A program made the translations under genes and the position numbers. Positions 26,141-40,963 of a DNA stretch of 64,000 bases are shown here, in pieces (the stretch's first letter is position 1; the number at the start of each line of letters is the position of its first letter). The notes beneath the pieces are model-generated. The model saw nothing but the letters and a program-made list of their open reading frames with translations. It ran no database searches and was not told the origin of the DNA. Source of the DNA: Octopus sinensis (lineage: Eukaryota); NCBI RefSeq assembly GCF_006345805.1, contig NC_043008.1, forward strand, positions 19,468,001 through 19,532,000, read 5' to 3'.

Positions 26141-28248
26141 AAGATTACATCTATTTCTTTGCATAATGTAGTTTCGATCTGTAGACGCTGGGTTAAGGAT
26201 CCAGGACGCTTCTACCACGACACTCTACTCAACAAAAGACTACATAACGTGTTACTTCTAAGATTACCTGTTGTGTGTTACAGTATTTCTATCATATCAT
26301 CGATTATATGTTATTTATTTATACTTCTTAACATACATTGAACTGTTGCAAATATACGAAATGCAGAAACTAATCTACATGCTGCTGCTCTGAGATCTTA
26401 ATTTACTTACTAAATGGTGACATTTCCCTCTTTCGATAATCCAAAAGTCACATTTGACAAACCATACACATAGATAATTTTTTTATGGATGCCACTTCGG
26501 TTGACATTTTCAAATCAGCCGGAAGCAAATCAATTCAGTAAATGTTTCCCTTCACCAGAACAGCATAATAAGCAAGCTTACTAGTCATACTAATAAGTAA
26601 ATGTAGCACGCTTCATGGTGAATCGCTGAAGCACGATTGAACGATCGATCTTACATGAACATTAGACAACTTCGTAATAATTATGATTACACACAGTACT
26701 TGCTGTGCTTGTTGTTGGTGTTGTTGTTCTCCAACCTGGACTATTCTGTATGATTGTTAGATATATTATAATTGAAAGTACATTTATCGGTATTTCTGTC
26801 GTGTAAAATGACAGTTAAATATAGTTTAATGGAGGATTATCTGGTAATTCACGTCGACATGATCATTCTAGCTGGTGGAATGATCACTTCGACGTTCTTA
26901 CTCTAGTCCAAGTTGCTTGCTTTTTAGTACAGGTCGCAACAAGAAAGCGTAGAGAAATAGTTGGGCTTGGCTTTTCTGCTGTATATAATTAATATTGTTG
27001 CGAATACTGAATTACAAATGAAGTGTGTATCAACGTTTTCAACAGTGTTCATATAGTTCTCTCGTATTTCTGTGACTGTTACTCAGTCACATTACACTTG
27101 TAGTTTTATATATTTCGTGTCATTGACATCATGTAAGGTAGTTTGAATGAAAGCCAAACTGGCACCCACAAAAAAAAAAACTAAAAAAAAGCAAACTCAG
27201 AAAAGCAAAATAAAACAAAAACAAAAGAAAACAAAAAACAACGACATTGCATTCCTACTTCTCTTCTGATTATCATCTCAGAATTTATTAGTTCTTCCTT
27301 AATGAATAAAATATTTATCTCATTCATATTAATCGAAATCTATTTAGTCGAGACAAGTCTCGAGACGAACACGATATAAGCCAATGTTTATAATGTAATT
27401 TAACAAGGGAGATACTTGCTAAATATGTTCCTCATAATAAATGTATTTCGGCTGTAAAGAGGCGGTATTTATAGAGGTTGAACACAAATATTGAAAATAC
27501 ACGTGGACTCAATATCAGGGAACTAGCTTTCAGTTTGTTTCATAATATTCTGTTACCAGCTTTTCGGTAGTGATATTCGTGGCAGCACTATAATTTCAAC
27601 GTGTTTCATTGGTTTACGGCGATAAATTCGATTATTTCATGAGACTAACACATGCGATAGAATGAATAGGAACTTGATTTTTATTATCTCAGCTATTCAG
27701 AAATATGACTCATGTCTAGCTGAGTGTCGCAGTCTATCTGTGACAAATTGCAAGATAAGAGATCGTAAAATTATATGTTTCATCACAGACTGATTGAGAT
27801 GAAATCCGCACAATAATATCATGGGGTTATTAAAACGGTATTTGTGGTGAATTAATTATGCTTCATAGAGACTGAGTTGTCAATTAATTTCTGAACGAGA
27901 TTAATTCTGCGGTACGATTAATAATCAACTTTTGTTTACTAAATTCTCCTAATAAATATATATTAAATCAATATATTAAATGAATTAATGAGAAATGATT
28001 AGGTAATTATTATATTATTACAAATATTTTTTTATAAAGATAATTAAACAATATTAGAAATATAATAGTAATAAAACAAATAATAGAAATGTAGCCAAAA
28101 TTTATAGCATTCATACAAATTTCGAAGTGGAAAAGTTTATAACATATTTAATATATGTACGTGATAATATCTATATACAATGCAAAATTTATTTATAACT
28201 TTCCTTGATAATTATAAACCCTTTTATAATACGTGGTATATTCTAGAG

Positions 28249-28300
28249 CAGTGCTACTCAAAGTGGTGGTCCGCGGACCGCAGCTGCCGGTACCCTGCGA
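28249..28300 (+). mobile_element. hAT/Charlie-like left terminus fragment
   Basis: ttctagag|cagtgctactcaaagtggtggtccgcggaccg; no matching right end was found. Confidence 0.5.
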
Positions 28301-28876
28301 GTTTCTAGAAAAGAAAGAAAATGAAATGCTTATAAAATACTTATGTAATATTGTATTATTTGTTTACAAAATAAATATAAGATAAAAAGATTGTCAAATT
28401 TTATTATATTCATTATTCCGGTATAAACTGATATTACTAAGAAATATTACCGATATCTGGCACATTGGAAAAACAAACTGCCGGTGCACCGCATCAGATA
28501 GAGGACACAATGTTCTATAGGACACATAATACAAGGGAGATAAGAAGTATTTCATAATATTCGGTGATGTTAGATAATTAAGGAATAATAAAAAAGATGC
28601 ATTAAGAAATAATAAGAAAAACTGCATTGAATACCCATATATAACTTTTTTTGCTGCTTATTTATTATGCATTCCTTTGAATTTCAAGACAGTGTTAATA
28701 ATGAATAGATCCACATCAGTCTTTTTAGAAATCGTCAACATGGCATAACATGAGATATATTAATTTATTATATTAATTTATTATATTAATTTATTATGAA
28801 GCGAAGCATTTCTTATTGACAGGAAATAATTACAATCTGCTGAAAAAATCATAAAATGTGTGTTTTCTTCTCTATC

Positions 28877-28921
<45 letters not shown>

Positions 28922-29039
28922 AACTGTCCGACGAACGGGAACGTGGAACTCTGTGTAACATTGTTTTGTGATATTTTTGTGATGTTTTTGCAGTGATGGT
29001 TTATCATTAAGATAAACCATATTGCTCTACCTCCGGTAG

Positions 29040-29395
29040 TTTGTGTCCGTATTTGCAAGGGAGATCATCGATCCCATCTGTAGTCTTACGTGATACTCAC
29101 AGACCTAGGTTTCTGGATGTTAACCGTCCTCACAGTGAGACAAGCACCAGCTAGTAAAGACAGCTATCTCCACTCGCATATACAATATATTCTTTATACG
29201 GCACACAGTCGCTCATCTCGTATCGAGAAAGGGAACGTTTTAAATCTCTGAGCTAGAGAAGTTAGCCATCGTCACTAGCTGGCTATTGTCTCACACTGAG
29301 GACGGATAACACCCAGAAACCTAAGCCTGTGAGTACCACGTAACATTAGAGATGGGAGCAATGACCTCTCTTGCAAATGCTATATACGGACAAAA
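29040..29395. mobile_element. Foldback element with canonical-core HHR fold in each arm
   Basis: 29040-29165 is the imperfect reverse complement of 29260-29395. The folds lie at 29096-29139 (-) and 29290-29333 (+). Confidence 0.78.
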
Positions 29396-30414
29396 ACTGA
29401 GTGTCAATAGCCAGTTTTCCTGGGGCTAAAATAACAGTAACATCGTCCTTTATAGCACTGCCACATTATGTTGGCATATAAACATTATATATATGTGTGT
29501 GTGTCGATATGCATCTATCTATCTATCTAAATTTCTTTCTTTCTCTGTATCACTTTCTCTCCCTCTTTCTCTCCCTCTCTTTCTCTCTCTCTCTCTCTGT
29601 ATATATGTCATATCGCAGTGAAATATGCATAACATCCTGTGTTAATGACCTATATGTGCACAGACGCACCCTCAGCCCCCTGACACAAGCGAACGAACAC
29701 ACACACCCACACTCACACACATACACACATACACACACACAAATACACACATATCTATAAAAATACACCAGGGTCTTTTCTCTTTTGTGCCGATGAACAT
29801 AATTCATTGAAATTGTTTTGAAACATCTAGAAAGCAGTCATAATCTTTATTTAAAATCTTTTATCACGCCTTAGATATTGTTTGCAAGGGTCGAGTGCCG
29901 CAGTCATTAAATATATGTCTATACTCTCATACATACATGTAAAATCATTTGTGTATCTCTCTCTCTCTCTCTCTCTTTATCTATCTATCTGTTTCTTACT
30001 TAATGTGACCCTTTGAAATCAATTTGACGCGACTTTCTATTCATTAAGACATAACAAATTATATGAACGTGCTGTGTTTAAAAACAAAATATATATATCA
30101 GTGGTAGACAAATTCGTTCCAGCATCGGCAAGTGAGAATGCCAGATGCATTTCGACCTCGATGGATTTTATCAGGAGAGTCGTTTTCCTCCGATAAATGT
30201 GTTTGGAAATACATCACCTCCATAAAAAATCTTATCCGTTGACGAATAGAAATTTTTATTATATTGCTTTTCACCGATGAATTTCCATGAAATAGATTTC
30301 AGAGATATGTAGTCTCAGTGCGCATCACCTTGGACAAGTGTCTTCTACTATAACCCCGAGCAGACCAAAGGTTTGTGAATGGATTTGGCTACAGGGAAAC
30401 CGAAAGAGGCCCGT

Positions 30415-30446
<32 letters not shown>

Positions 30447-31159
30447 TATATATGTATGTGTATATGCTTATATAGGTACAGGAGGTCACCAACATGAAAT
30501 ATGAAAAAAAAATGAGTTCAATACACAAACAACAAGTGAAACTAATATAAAATAGTACAAGTAATATAAAGAACGACCCTTCATCATTTCTCGGTTGTCT
30601 ATCTGCTCCTCATTTCGAGCATTTAACGACAATATGAGTCTTCGAATAGAGTTGTTCCCATAAACACCAAAATGAAATTTGGGATTTATGGAGGGTAAAA
30701 GCTGGGAAGAAAAGCAGGACAGCGGAGACAGAAGGAAACCGAAAGGAAAATAAACATGGGGAGTCGTTAGACCAGAACGAGGGTAAAATAGCGAACACTG
30801 GTGAAATTTTTCTTTGACAAGAGAAAAGATAGAAGAGAGAAATAGGATACGTCCAGTCCTTAGGGCAGTCCTGAAAGAGAAGAAATATGATGACGTGAGG
30901 AATAGAAAGATGGACGATGGGTACGTGTGAGCAACGAGAGAGAGAGAGAGAGAGAGAGAGTAAAGGAGAAAGAAGGGGAAAGAGGAGAGAGAGAGAAAAG
31001 AGATATAAGATGGCGAAGGGGAGAAAAAGGGAATTAGAGAAAGGATACAGAGAAACCAACGGGAAAAAAATAGTATAGAGTAGAGTGGCATCAAAAAGAT
31101 TAAGATAAACTGACTTGGAAATAGATGCGTGGTGTTCAATCAAATAATAATATAAATTA

Positions 31160-31209
<50 letters not shown>

Positions 31210-31226
31210 TGTGTTGTGTGTATATG

Positions 31227-31268
<42 letters not shown>

Positions 31269-33231
31269 ATATATATGCAAACACACATACAGTTCCGTTA
31301 TAGGAACTAGCTAATCCTCGTATTGTATTATCAGATGCATTTAAATCCTGTGTATATCGAATGGTATCTATCTATCTAATTGTACATGTATATTTTATAC
31401 ACACACACACACTCACACACACACACAGACACACACACACACATAGATATACGTACATACATATATCTATACACCTACACACACACACATATATATATAC
31501 ATATATATCTATATTTCTAAACTCATATTTATATCTTGATCATACTGATTTTACTTCTACGCATAGGCTTAATTAACCACCAGTTGTATGAGCGGTTAAA
31601 GGTAAGAGTTGAGGTGTCACTAAAATCAATATGATCAATAAATAATTTTACTCTAGTAAATGTGTAGAGTGTCAAATTCCAGATGATCTGTATGTGTGCC
31701 TATGTGTGTGTCTCTGTATAAAATGTACGTAATTATCAGATCAGTGGTTGTCTTTCTCTGTCTGTCTCACACACATACGCACACACATATCGGTGCCCCA
31801 CCTGTCAGTCTGAGGCGATTGTAAATTTTTAAAGCATTCGCCATTCACAGCCGGCCTAAAAGAAAGCAAAAATTAAATCTCTCTTGCTGTAGATAATATT
31901 AGCGTTTGATGAGAAGTGTTAAATAGGATCTAGCACATCGATAGGTGAAAATTCAAACTTACACCTCCGTGAATCAGGTGATGGAGATAATATATATCAG
32001 ATATTATCCATCCGCACTAATTGAGTAAATCAATATAGATAATAGAGATAGAAATCTGATATATTCGGAAAATTTGTCTTTTCTTTCCTGTAGACTTCAA
32101 AGCGTGGCTATGATGCTAAGGTGATGTACCAGATTTCTCTTTCAGTATTAAAGGACAACAACCAACATCACATCATACTCCCACGTTAACTTTATACTTA
32201 TAATAAGAACAAACAATGATTGGTAAATGAATGATATTCAACGGCTTACGTGTTTGCCGGCAGGATTACTGCATTCATATCTTGGTGATTTGAGTCGCTT
32301 TTAATTAGTGGTGTACAAGAATTTCAGCTTCCTGCAAAACAAAGGCATAGGAGAAACATTAAGAATACTAAATAAAGAAAAAGCAAAGCTAAAACAAACG
32401 AAAAACGAAAGAGAAAGTACAAACAACTGGTATCTAAAATGAAATGCAACGACGTCTGATTGAGGTTTTTGATCTTTTATATTAATTCTTTTTCTGCCTG
32501 ACTGCCTGTCAATCAGCGTTATTATTCTGTTAATTCTATTATATATACATACATACATACATGCATACATACATAATACATACATACATGCATACATACA
32601 TAATACATACATATATACATACATACATACATACATGCATACATACATAATACATACATATATACATACATACATACATATAAACATACATACATACATA
32701 CATACATACATACATACATACATACAAACATACATACATACATACATACATACAAACATACATACATACATACATACATACATACATACATACATACATA
32801 CATACATACATACATACACACACATATGCATACGTACTCACATACATGCATGCATACGAGAACAAATACAGGCTGTGCAAATCTAAAGCTAAAAGCATGA
32901 CCCACATTAATGGTAACTTCTAGATATTATCTTCGCACGATGCATAATTCAGTGACCAGGGCTCTCTGGAATTGTTTAAGAAAATGGAAATTACCACAGA
33001 ACAAATGTGACTTTACTGAGACTGATGAGTCGAAAAATGTTGATGGAACTTAAGTGCAGGCGTGGCTGAGTGGTAAGTAGCCTGCTTACCAATCACATGG
33101 TTCCGGGTTCAGTCTCACTGTGTGAAACCTCGGGTAAGTGGCTTTTACTATAGCCTCGAGCCAACCAGAGGCTTGTGAGTGGATTTGGTAGATGGAAACT
33201 GAAAGAAGCCCGTCATATATATATATAAGCA

Positions 33232-33600
33232 TCTTGTTTTATTTATCATCCTTTATATCTTAAGCAGTTCTCACAACATTTCATTCTCCCAGATATCCTG
33301 ATCATTTGTGGCGTATGTATGAAAGAGTTACACATGCTCGCCACCTGAACACATATTCAAACATAATTTGCTCCAGGCGGAATGGTACGTATTCTGTTCC
33401 TCTTTGATAAAGATAACTATGAAACTGAAAGTATATTTTGGGTAATGGATTAGAAAACTACTTATTAATGAGGAATAGACGTTTCTTTCTCCTATATCTC
33501 TCTGACCACATTGGCAAGTAGAGGGCAGATGATTTCCACAACAGAGGATATTTTTTCTTGTGGTCTCACACAACATATGGCAGGTAATTAATTATTTTGG
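33232..33600 (-). mobile_element. Inverted upstream RT piece of the RLE-type LINE at 33916
   Basis: Decayed RT-like words on the minus strand (..LINK.., ..YVP..W..). 33232-33373 duplicates 33916-34050 in inverted orientation. Confidence 0.6.
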
Positions 33601-33839
33601 TGGATATTTTCATTTTATTCTTTTATTTACTTCAGTCATCTGAATGCGGCTATGCTGGAGCACCGCCTTTAGTTGAACAAATCAACCCTAGGAATTATTT
33701 TATCGATCTCTTTTGCCGAACCGCTTAGTTACAGGGATGTAAACACGCCAACATCGGTTGTCAAGCAATGCTGTATGTGCGGGGGGGGGGGACAAATACA
33801 GACACAGATATACATATAATATACATATAATATATATAT

Positions 33840-33915
<76 letters not shown>

Positions 33916-35630
33916 GAGCAAATTATGTTTGAATATGTGTTCAGGTGGCGAGCATGTGTAACTCTTTCATACATACGCCACAGATGATCAGGAGAATGAA
34001 GTGTTGTGAGAACTGCTTAAGATATAAAGGATGATAAGTCAAAAAAGATACTTTCCTTCACAACTTTAGGACCAAGAAGGTGGCTGGTCAGAATTAGCTA
34101 TAAATTAAAAAGAGAAAATGAAAACATACATACTCACATGAATAGAGCCTTCAACAATGAGATACTAATATAACTTATAATTTATTCGTGGACGATGTAA
34201 AGATCTCTGCCGGTATTATTTAAAGCAATTGGATTAAATTGGGCATTTTTCATTGATGTAAGGATGAGATTCGGCTAAAAGAAATGTTCATATTCACAAC
34301 GAAGTGTGACGAAACTCTTTCCTCGAAACCTGAATATTTTTGACAATGATATCTCTATATTTCTGTTCCACAAAAAGAGTACTGCAAATACCCAAGGTAT
34401 TGATGAAAAGTAATGTAAGAGTAACAAAGAATATTAAAAAGATGTGGTGATCAGAACTTTCTTCTTATAACAAGATGGTATCTCACATTACATTTGCATC
34501 ACCGTACTGATACCAGCATTTGGGATACTCGACTGGATTATTGAGGCAATCCGTTGCATAGACATAAAAAACCCACGATATCCTGACGCTGGCTACAAAT
34601 ATCTGTCGGAAAACTGACATGGGCGAATTGTATTCACAAGAAAGAGGTGAGAAGAAGCTTCACGCTAGTGTCGATAGCATTTGAGTTCTATATGGTATCA
34701 CTTAGAGAGTACCTGCTAAACAATAGTAGCAAAGATAAACATATTAACCTAGTTCTGAGAAAGGAAAACAGAAAAACATCCTACAAGATCTCAAGAAACA
34801 TTCACTTCCTGATGACGTCCCAAACGATGCTGGAATTGCTGCGCTTGCATATCTCAGCAGTTATGAAAAAGAAACATTCTACATACCACAAAAATTTATG
34901 CGTGGGTGATTCCTGTAAACTAGAAAAAGACGTTATTTTTAGCATGAAGTCTGTGTTTCTGGGAAGAGCAGGAAATAGCTACAAATTATCTGATGAATAA
35001 TGAGATAGAGAAACCCTGGAAATCCAAAGATGCAATCAGAAGTGTTGACTATACAACGTTTCTGTGGACAGTATAATACCTTACCAGTAGCTGTGAGAAA
35101 TGCCATCAAGGTATTACATACTCCTCACTGCGACACGATGTTCTTACTAAAAGAATATACAATGCCACCCGCCAAGAAAGACTACCCAGGCATAAATATA
35201 ATCAACGCTTTTGCTATGTAATACATACATCTCAGCAGAGGCAAAATTTATGGAACATTCTAATCAAAATGTCTACGAAAATCAACGAATAGATCTGCCG
35301 TAGTTATTTAGGACAGAACAGAATAATCAAGCACAGTCGTACAAATTAGTTGGTCCGTAAATGTAAATCCGTTTTACAAAATCAGCGAGAGGGAAAACAT
35401 TTATAGGAAACCGCTTCAAATGCTGCAGCATCTCAATCTTGATTATAAATATACATTCATACCAATCACCATTGGTGCATCTAGTTATATGAGGTTATGC
35501 CTTAGCCACAATCTGCAGAAGCTAGGATTATCAAGCAAATAAAGAGACCAGCTAACACTAACTGTGATGATACAATCTGTAAGTAGAGCAGTAAAAATAT
35601 GCAAGGCTTTCTTAAAGTTCGGTATGTAAC
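33916..35630 (+). mobile_element. Decayed RLE-endonuclease non-LTR retrotransposon (R2 group, R4/Dong-like)
   Basis: LFVDDVK (YADD-type) near 34180, ..PAFGILDW..AIRCIDIKT.., and C-terminus ..YTFIPITIGA..LQKLG..QSVSRAVKICKAFLKFGM*. Many stops and frameshifts; clade assignment is inference. Confidence 0.75.
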
Positions 35631-36184
35631 AATTATCATTATTGTTATTCCAAATCATTGAGATTTTGGTTCTTCGTTAGAAACGAGCTCACTCATTCTA
35701 AAAAGAAAACTAAAAAACATAAACACACATGCACGCGCATATACACACATGCACGCATTTATACATACATATACGTATGTACATCCATTCACACATATAC
35801 GGACACTCTCACACACACACATACACATATCTACATACATATATAGATATATTTATGGAGATTTGTATATTATATTATATATGCACGCGATTGTGTGTGT
35901 TTCTGTGATATTTGCATTATATTCCATATATATAGGCACGCGTGCGTGTGTGTGTATGTGTGTGTATGTGTACTCGTGTGTATGTGTGTGTGCAATATCA
36001 TATTATATATATTATCATAACCTAAATATAACTGAAGAATTGTCGATTTTTCTCCCTTACGTTATTGACAGTATACTTAGGAAATTATTTCCTGAAATAT
36101 TGTGAGTTCATGCGTATGTTTCTGAAGGTATAAACACATATACACACACACGCGCACACACATTTTCATGTGATTGACTATTTT

Positions 36185-36594
36185 TTCTTCTTTTATTTCT
36201 TTTAGTCATTTGACTGCGGCCATTCTGGAGCACCGCCTTTAGTCGAGCAAATCGACCCTAGGACTTATTTTTATAAGCCTGGTACTTATTATATCGTCAC
36301 TTTTTTGCCAAATCGCTAAGTTACGGGGACAGAAACACACCAGCATCGGTTGTCAAGCGCTGTTGGGGAGGGACAAATACGGACACACAAACATATATAT
36401 ACATACATATAATATATATATATATATATACGACGGGCTTCTTTCAGTTACCGTCTACCAAATTCATTCACAAGGTTTTGGTCGACCCGAAGGTATAGTA
36501 GAGGACACTTCACCAGGGTAACACGCAATGGGACTGAACCCGGAACCATGTGATTGTTAAGCAAGTTACTTACCACACAGCCACTCATGCGCCT
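36185..36594 (-). mobile_element. SINE family A, full length, diverged
   Basis: Reverse complement of the 18150-type sequence. Confidence 0.88.
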
Positions 36595-37567
36595 ATAATT
36601 GACTATTTTTTTCAAATAAATATACTTAAAATATTCTCCAGCTTCTGCATATATTCGATGTGGCATAGAATATGCTTCTGGTGGTGCATTTATTTTAATA
36701 TGATTTCTGACTGAATATGAGCAAGACGCGTTTGTGTATGAACGCATATTTTATGTATGTATGTATGTATGTATGTATGTATGTATGTATGTATGTATGT
36801 ATGTATGTATGCATGTATGTATGTATGTATGTATGTATGTATGTATGTATGTATGCATGTTTATGTATGTATGTATGTATGTATGTATGTATGTATGTAT
36901 GTATGTATGTATGTATGTGTTATGTATGTATGTATGTATGTATGCATGTATGTATTGTGTGTATGTATGTATGTATGTATGTATGTATGTATGTATGTAT
37001 GCATGCATGGGTATGTATGTATGTATGTTATGTATGTATGTATGTAGTTGTATGTATGCATGTATGTATGTATGTATGTGTGTATGTATGTATGTATGTA
37101 TGTATGTATGTATGTGTATGTATGTTGTGTTATGTATGTATGTATGTATGTATGTATGTATGCATGTAATGTATGTATGTATGTATGTATGTATGTATGT
37201 AGTATGCATGTATGCATGTATTATGTATGTTGTATGTATGTATGTATGTATGTTGTATGTATGTATGTATGTATGTATGTATGTATGTGTGTATGTATGT
37301 TAATGTATGTATGTATGTCTGTATGTATGTTGTATGTATGTATATGTGTTATGTGTATGCACGTGAGAGCAAGTGCACGCACGAGCATACATTTTGGTGT
37401 ATTGTTGTTCTATTCTCATTCTTTTTTATCATTTTATATTCGTAGAAAAGAGTAATGCGTGCATATTCGACCGATAAAATTGAATATAGATTACAAAAGT
37501 CGAAGATCGCTACTTTAAAAAGATTGGTCTTCGATTTCATCTTAGAGATAGTAAAACGATAATAAAA

Positions 37568-37620
<53 letters not shown>

Positions 37621-37717
37621 AACGGTGATAACAATACTGATGTTATTGTTGATGATGATGATAATAATGATGATGGTGATGGATGGTGGTGGTGGTGATG
37701 ATGATGATGATGATGAC

Positions 37718-37753
<36 letters not shown>

Positions 37754-38073
37754 AACGGTGATAACAATAATGATGTTATTGTTGATGATGATGATAATAA
37801 TGATGATGGTGATGGATGGTAGTGGTGATGATAATGATGATGATGACGATGATGATGATGATGATGATGACGATAACGATGATAACAATGATGATGGTAT
37901 TGTTGATGATGATGATAATAATGATGATGGTGATGGTGCTGGTGGTGGTGATGATGGTGATGATGACGATGATGATGATGATGATGATGATGATAACGAT
38001 GATAACAATAATGATGTTATTGTTGATGATGATGATAATAATGATGATGATGGTGGTGTTGATGATGATGATG
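37568..38073. repeat. (GAT)n-derived higher-order repeat, about four 110-130 bp units
   Basis: The unit gataac(ggt/gat)gataacaat..gatgttattgttgatgatgatgataataatgatgat recurs four times. Confidence 0.85.
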
Positions 38074-39381
38074 ATTATAACGCAATTATTTTCAGTCTGC
38101 TTAGAGCATATCTTAAAAAAAAAAACGTATTTTCTCGTCAACGTTAGAAAGAGATATATTTTAATTATTTTTATTCTTTCTCTCATCGATGTTAGAAATA
38201 TGGATATTTTTGTAATTTATTATTTTTTTTCACACATCAACGTTAGAAGCTTACTTGCCATCAATATGCTCACCCATACCCCCGACTCCGCCACCTATAC
38301 CGGAAATCTTCATTCTCTTTTCTGATAGTTAATAACATTCCACCCCCACTCTCAGCCTTTGTAGTATTTCTTCCTTATAAAACGATTTTTGTACAAAATA
38401 TTATTCTCTACCTAATACCTTCCCTCCGCCCACTTGCATCATGACGAGGACGGAATAGAAGAAATCCAAACAAATACAACTAGATTTAAAAGAACCGAAA
38501 CGTAACCGAAACCTATTCGGACTCCTCCACCACTGTCCCATTAGGCCCAAATTTTAGGGTAGCCACCTGAAGGCTGATAATACGAGAAAGTTGGAAAATA
38601 GGGGTGAGAGAGACAATGCAAGCTGGAGCAGAGAACTGGGGGTACGAATAGCTAAGTAACACGAGATTTCCAAATTACCTCCTTCTAAGAGGTAAAAACC
38701 GCGGGCCAGATAGCCTTAATATTGATTTCAAAATTTGGCACAAGGCCAGCAGTTTCGGGGAAGAGAGTAAATCGATTTCATCGACCCCTAGTATCCAACT
38801 GGTACTCATTTTATCGACATGAGAATATGAAAGGTTTACTATTTACAATGCAAAACGTATTGAGCGGATGGAAATTGGATGACTTCTGAATATGTGCTCT
38901 ATCAATAATAGTATCGCGGTTCTTCGGAAATATCCCTTGCAAAATATATCCCAGTAGGTTGTGCGCATGAGCAGTGGATAGCAGGCAACGAAGAAGGACA
39001 ACTTTGCATACAAACCAAGCACAGTAACAAAAATACCAATGAAGTGTGTAGAGGAAATCTCTCCGAACGTTGTTCGGCAATCCATTTTGTGAGGGTGTCA
39101 CACACACACACTCACATACACACACACAGACACACACACACAAACATACACACACACACAGACACACACACACAGACATACACACAGACACACACTCACA
39201 CACTTACATACACACACACAGACACACACACAAACATACACACACACACACACAGACACACACACAGACATACACACAGACACACACACACACACACATA
39301 CACACACATTAGTCTTCGGTGCCACACTCCGAGAACAAATGCATAACCATGTGTTTGTCGAGTCTTCAGAACTATGCTAAC

Positions 39382-39425
<44 letters not shown>

Positions 39426-39506
39426 TTTTTAGGTAGCCCAACAGTGAACTTTCTTTAATTGACATACTTATACACATATACCTAAAGTCCAAATAGTTAC
39501 ACACGC

Positions 39507-39560
<54 letters not shown>

Positions 39561-40020
39561 ACTTGTGTGTGTGCGTGTCAGGAAGTAGTTTGAAGGCAGA
39601 CGCTGTCAGTGGTGATCATTGCTTTTCCAACTCACAGCAGACAATTTGTTACTTCATGCTACTCAATATTTATGATATCAATTATCACCAACGAGGAAAT
39701 GTTTCAATATTCTATCATTTCGCAGTAAATTATCACTGCATTGCATATTAGAAAATATAACTGCAACACCTACAATGTGACTATGTGGGATATTTTATAA
39801 ATCTATACACGACATTGTAACCGGGGTGTCCTGCACAATCTTTCACAAAAGGCATTTAGGGGGACAATGACACAACAAAGCACATTTAAATATATACTCG
39901 GATATAGGCACAGAATTGTCTGTGTGGTAGGAAGCTTGCTTTCCAACCACACGTTCAGTTCCACTGCGTGGTTCTTTGGGCTACTGTCTTCTACTATAGC
40001 CTCGGGTCGACCAAAGCCTT

Positions 40021-40081
40021 GTGAGCAGATTTGGTAGATGGAAACTGAAAGAAGCCCGTCGTGTATATGTATATATGAATA

Positions 40082-40120
<39 letters not shown>

Positions 40121-40356
40121 GCGCCCTTTTAAAGCCTAGTCAGGGTCCCGGTTTCCCTGTTTCTATGGCGTATGTGTTCCCCAGATGGCCGTACGCCAGT
40201 CCATCGCAGCGTTACTTATTTTTGCCAACTGAGTGGACTGGAGCAAGTGTTTTGCTCAAGAACACAACGCGTCGCCCGGTCCAGAAATCGAAACCACAAT
40301 CTTGCGATCATGATGCCGATACCCTAACCACAAGCCACGCGCCTCCACACACACAC

Positions 40357-40401
<45 letters not shown>

Positions 40402-40402
40402 C

Positions 40403-40444
<42 letters not shown>

Positions 40445-40465
40445 ATATGTATATATATATGTATA

Positions 40466-40508
<43 letters not shown>

Positions 40509-40528
40509 TATATATATACATATATATA

Positions 40529-40570
<42 letters not shown>

Positions 40571-40593
40571 ATATATGTATGTATATATATATA

Positions 40594-40624
<31 letters not shown>

Positions 40625-40863
40625 CCTGTGTGTGTGTGGAGGCGCGTGCTTAGTGGTTAGGGTATCGGCATCATGATCGCAAGATTGTGGTTTCGATTTC
40701 TGGACCGGGCGACGCGTTGTGTTCTTGAGCAAAACACTTGCTCCAGTCCACTCAGTTGGCAAAAATAAGTAACGCTGCGATGGACTGGCGTACGGCCATC
40801 TGGGGAACACATACGCCATAGAAACAGGGAAACCGGGACCCTGACTAGGCTTTAAAAGGGCGC

Positions 40864-40908
<45 letters not shown>

Positions 40909-40963
40909 TATATACATATACACGACGGGCTTCTTTCAGTTTCCATCTACCAAATCTGCTCAC
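40021..40963. repeat. Near-identical ~340-bp inverted duplication of a SINE-SINE junction around (TA)n
   Basis: 40021-40364 is the reverse complement of 40621-40963, and the two opposite ORFs share the same peptide. Confidence 0.92.

Noticed and set aside
30486-31143. 217-aa and 177-aa minus-strand ORFs
   Set aside because: Low-complexity pyrimidine-rich strand of a (GA)-rich tract that naturally lacks stops; no domain recognised.
33031-33050. CTGATGAGTCGAAA hammerhead-like word
   Set aside because: Stem II would have a 1-nt loop and there is no stem III/NUH after GAAA, so it is probably chance.
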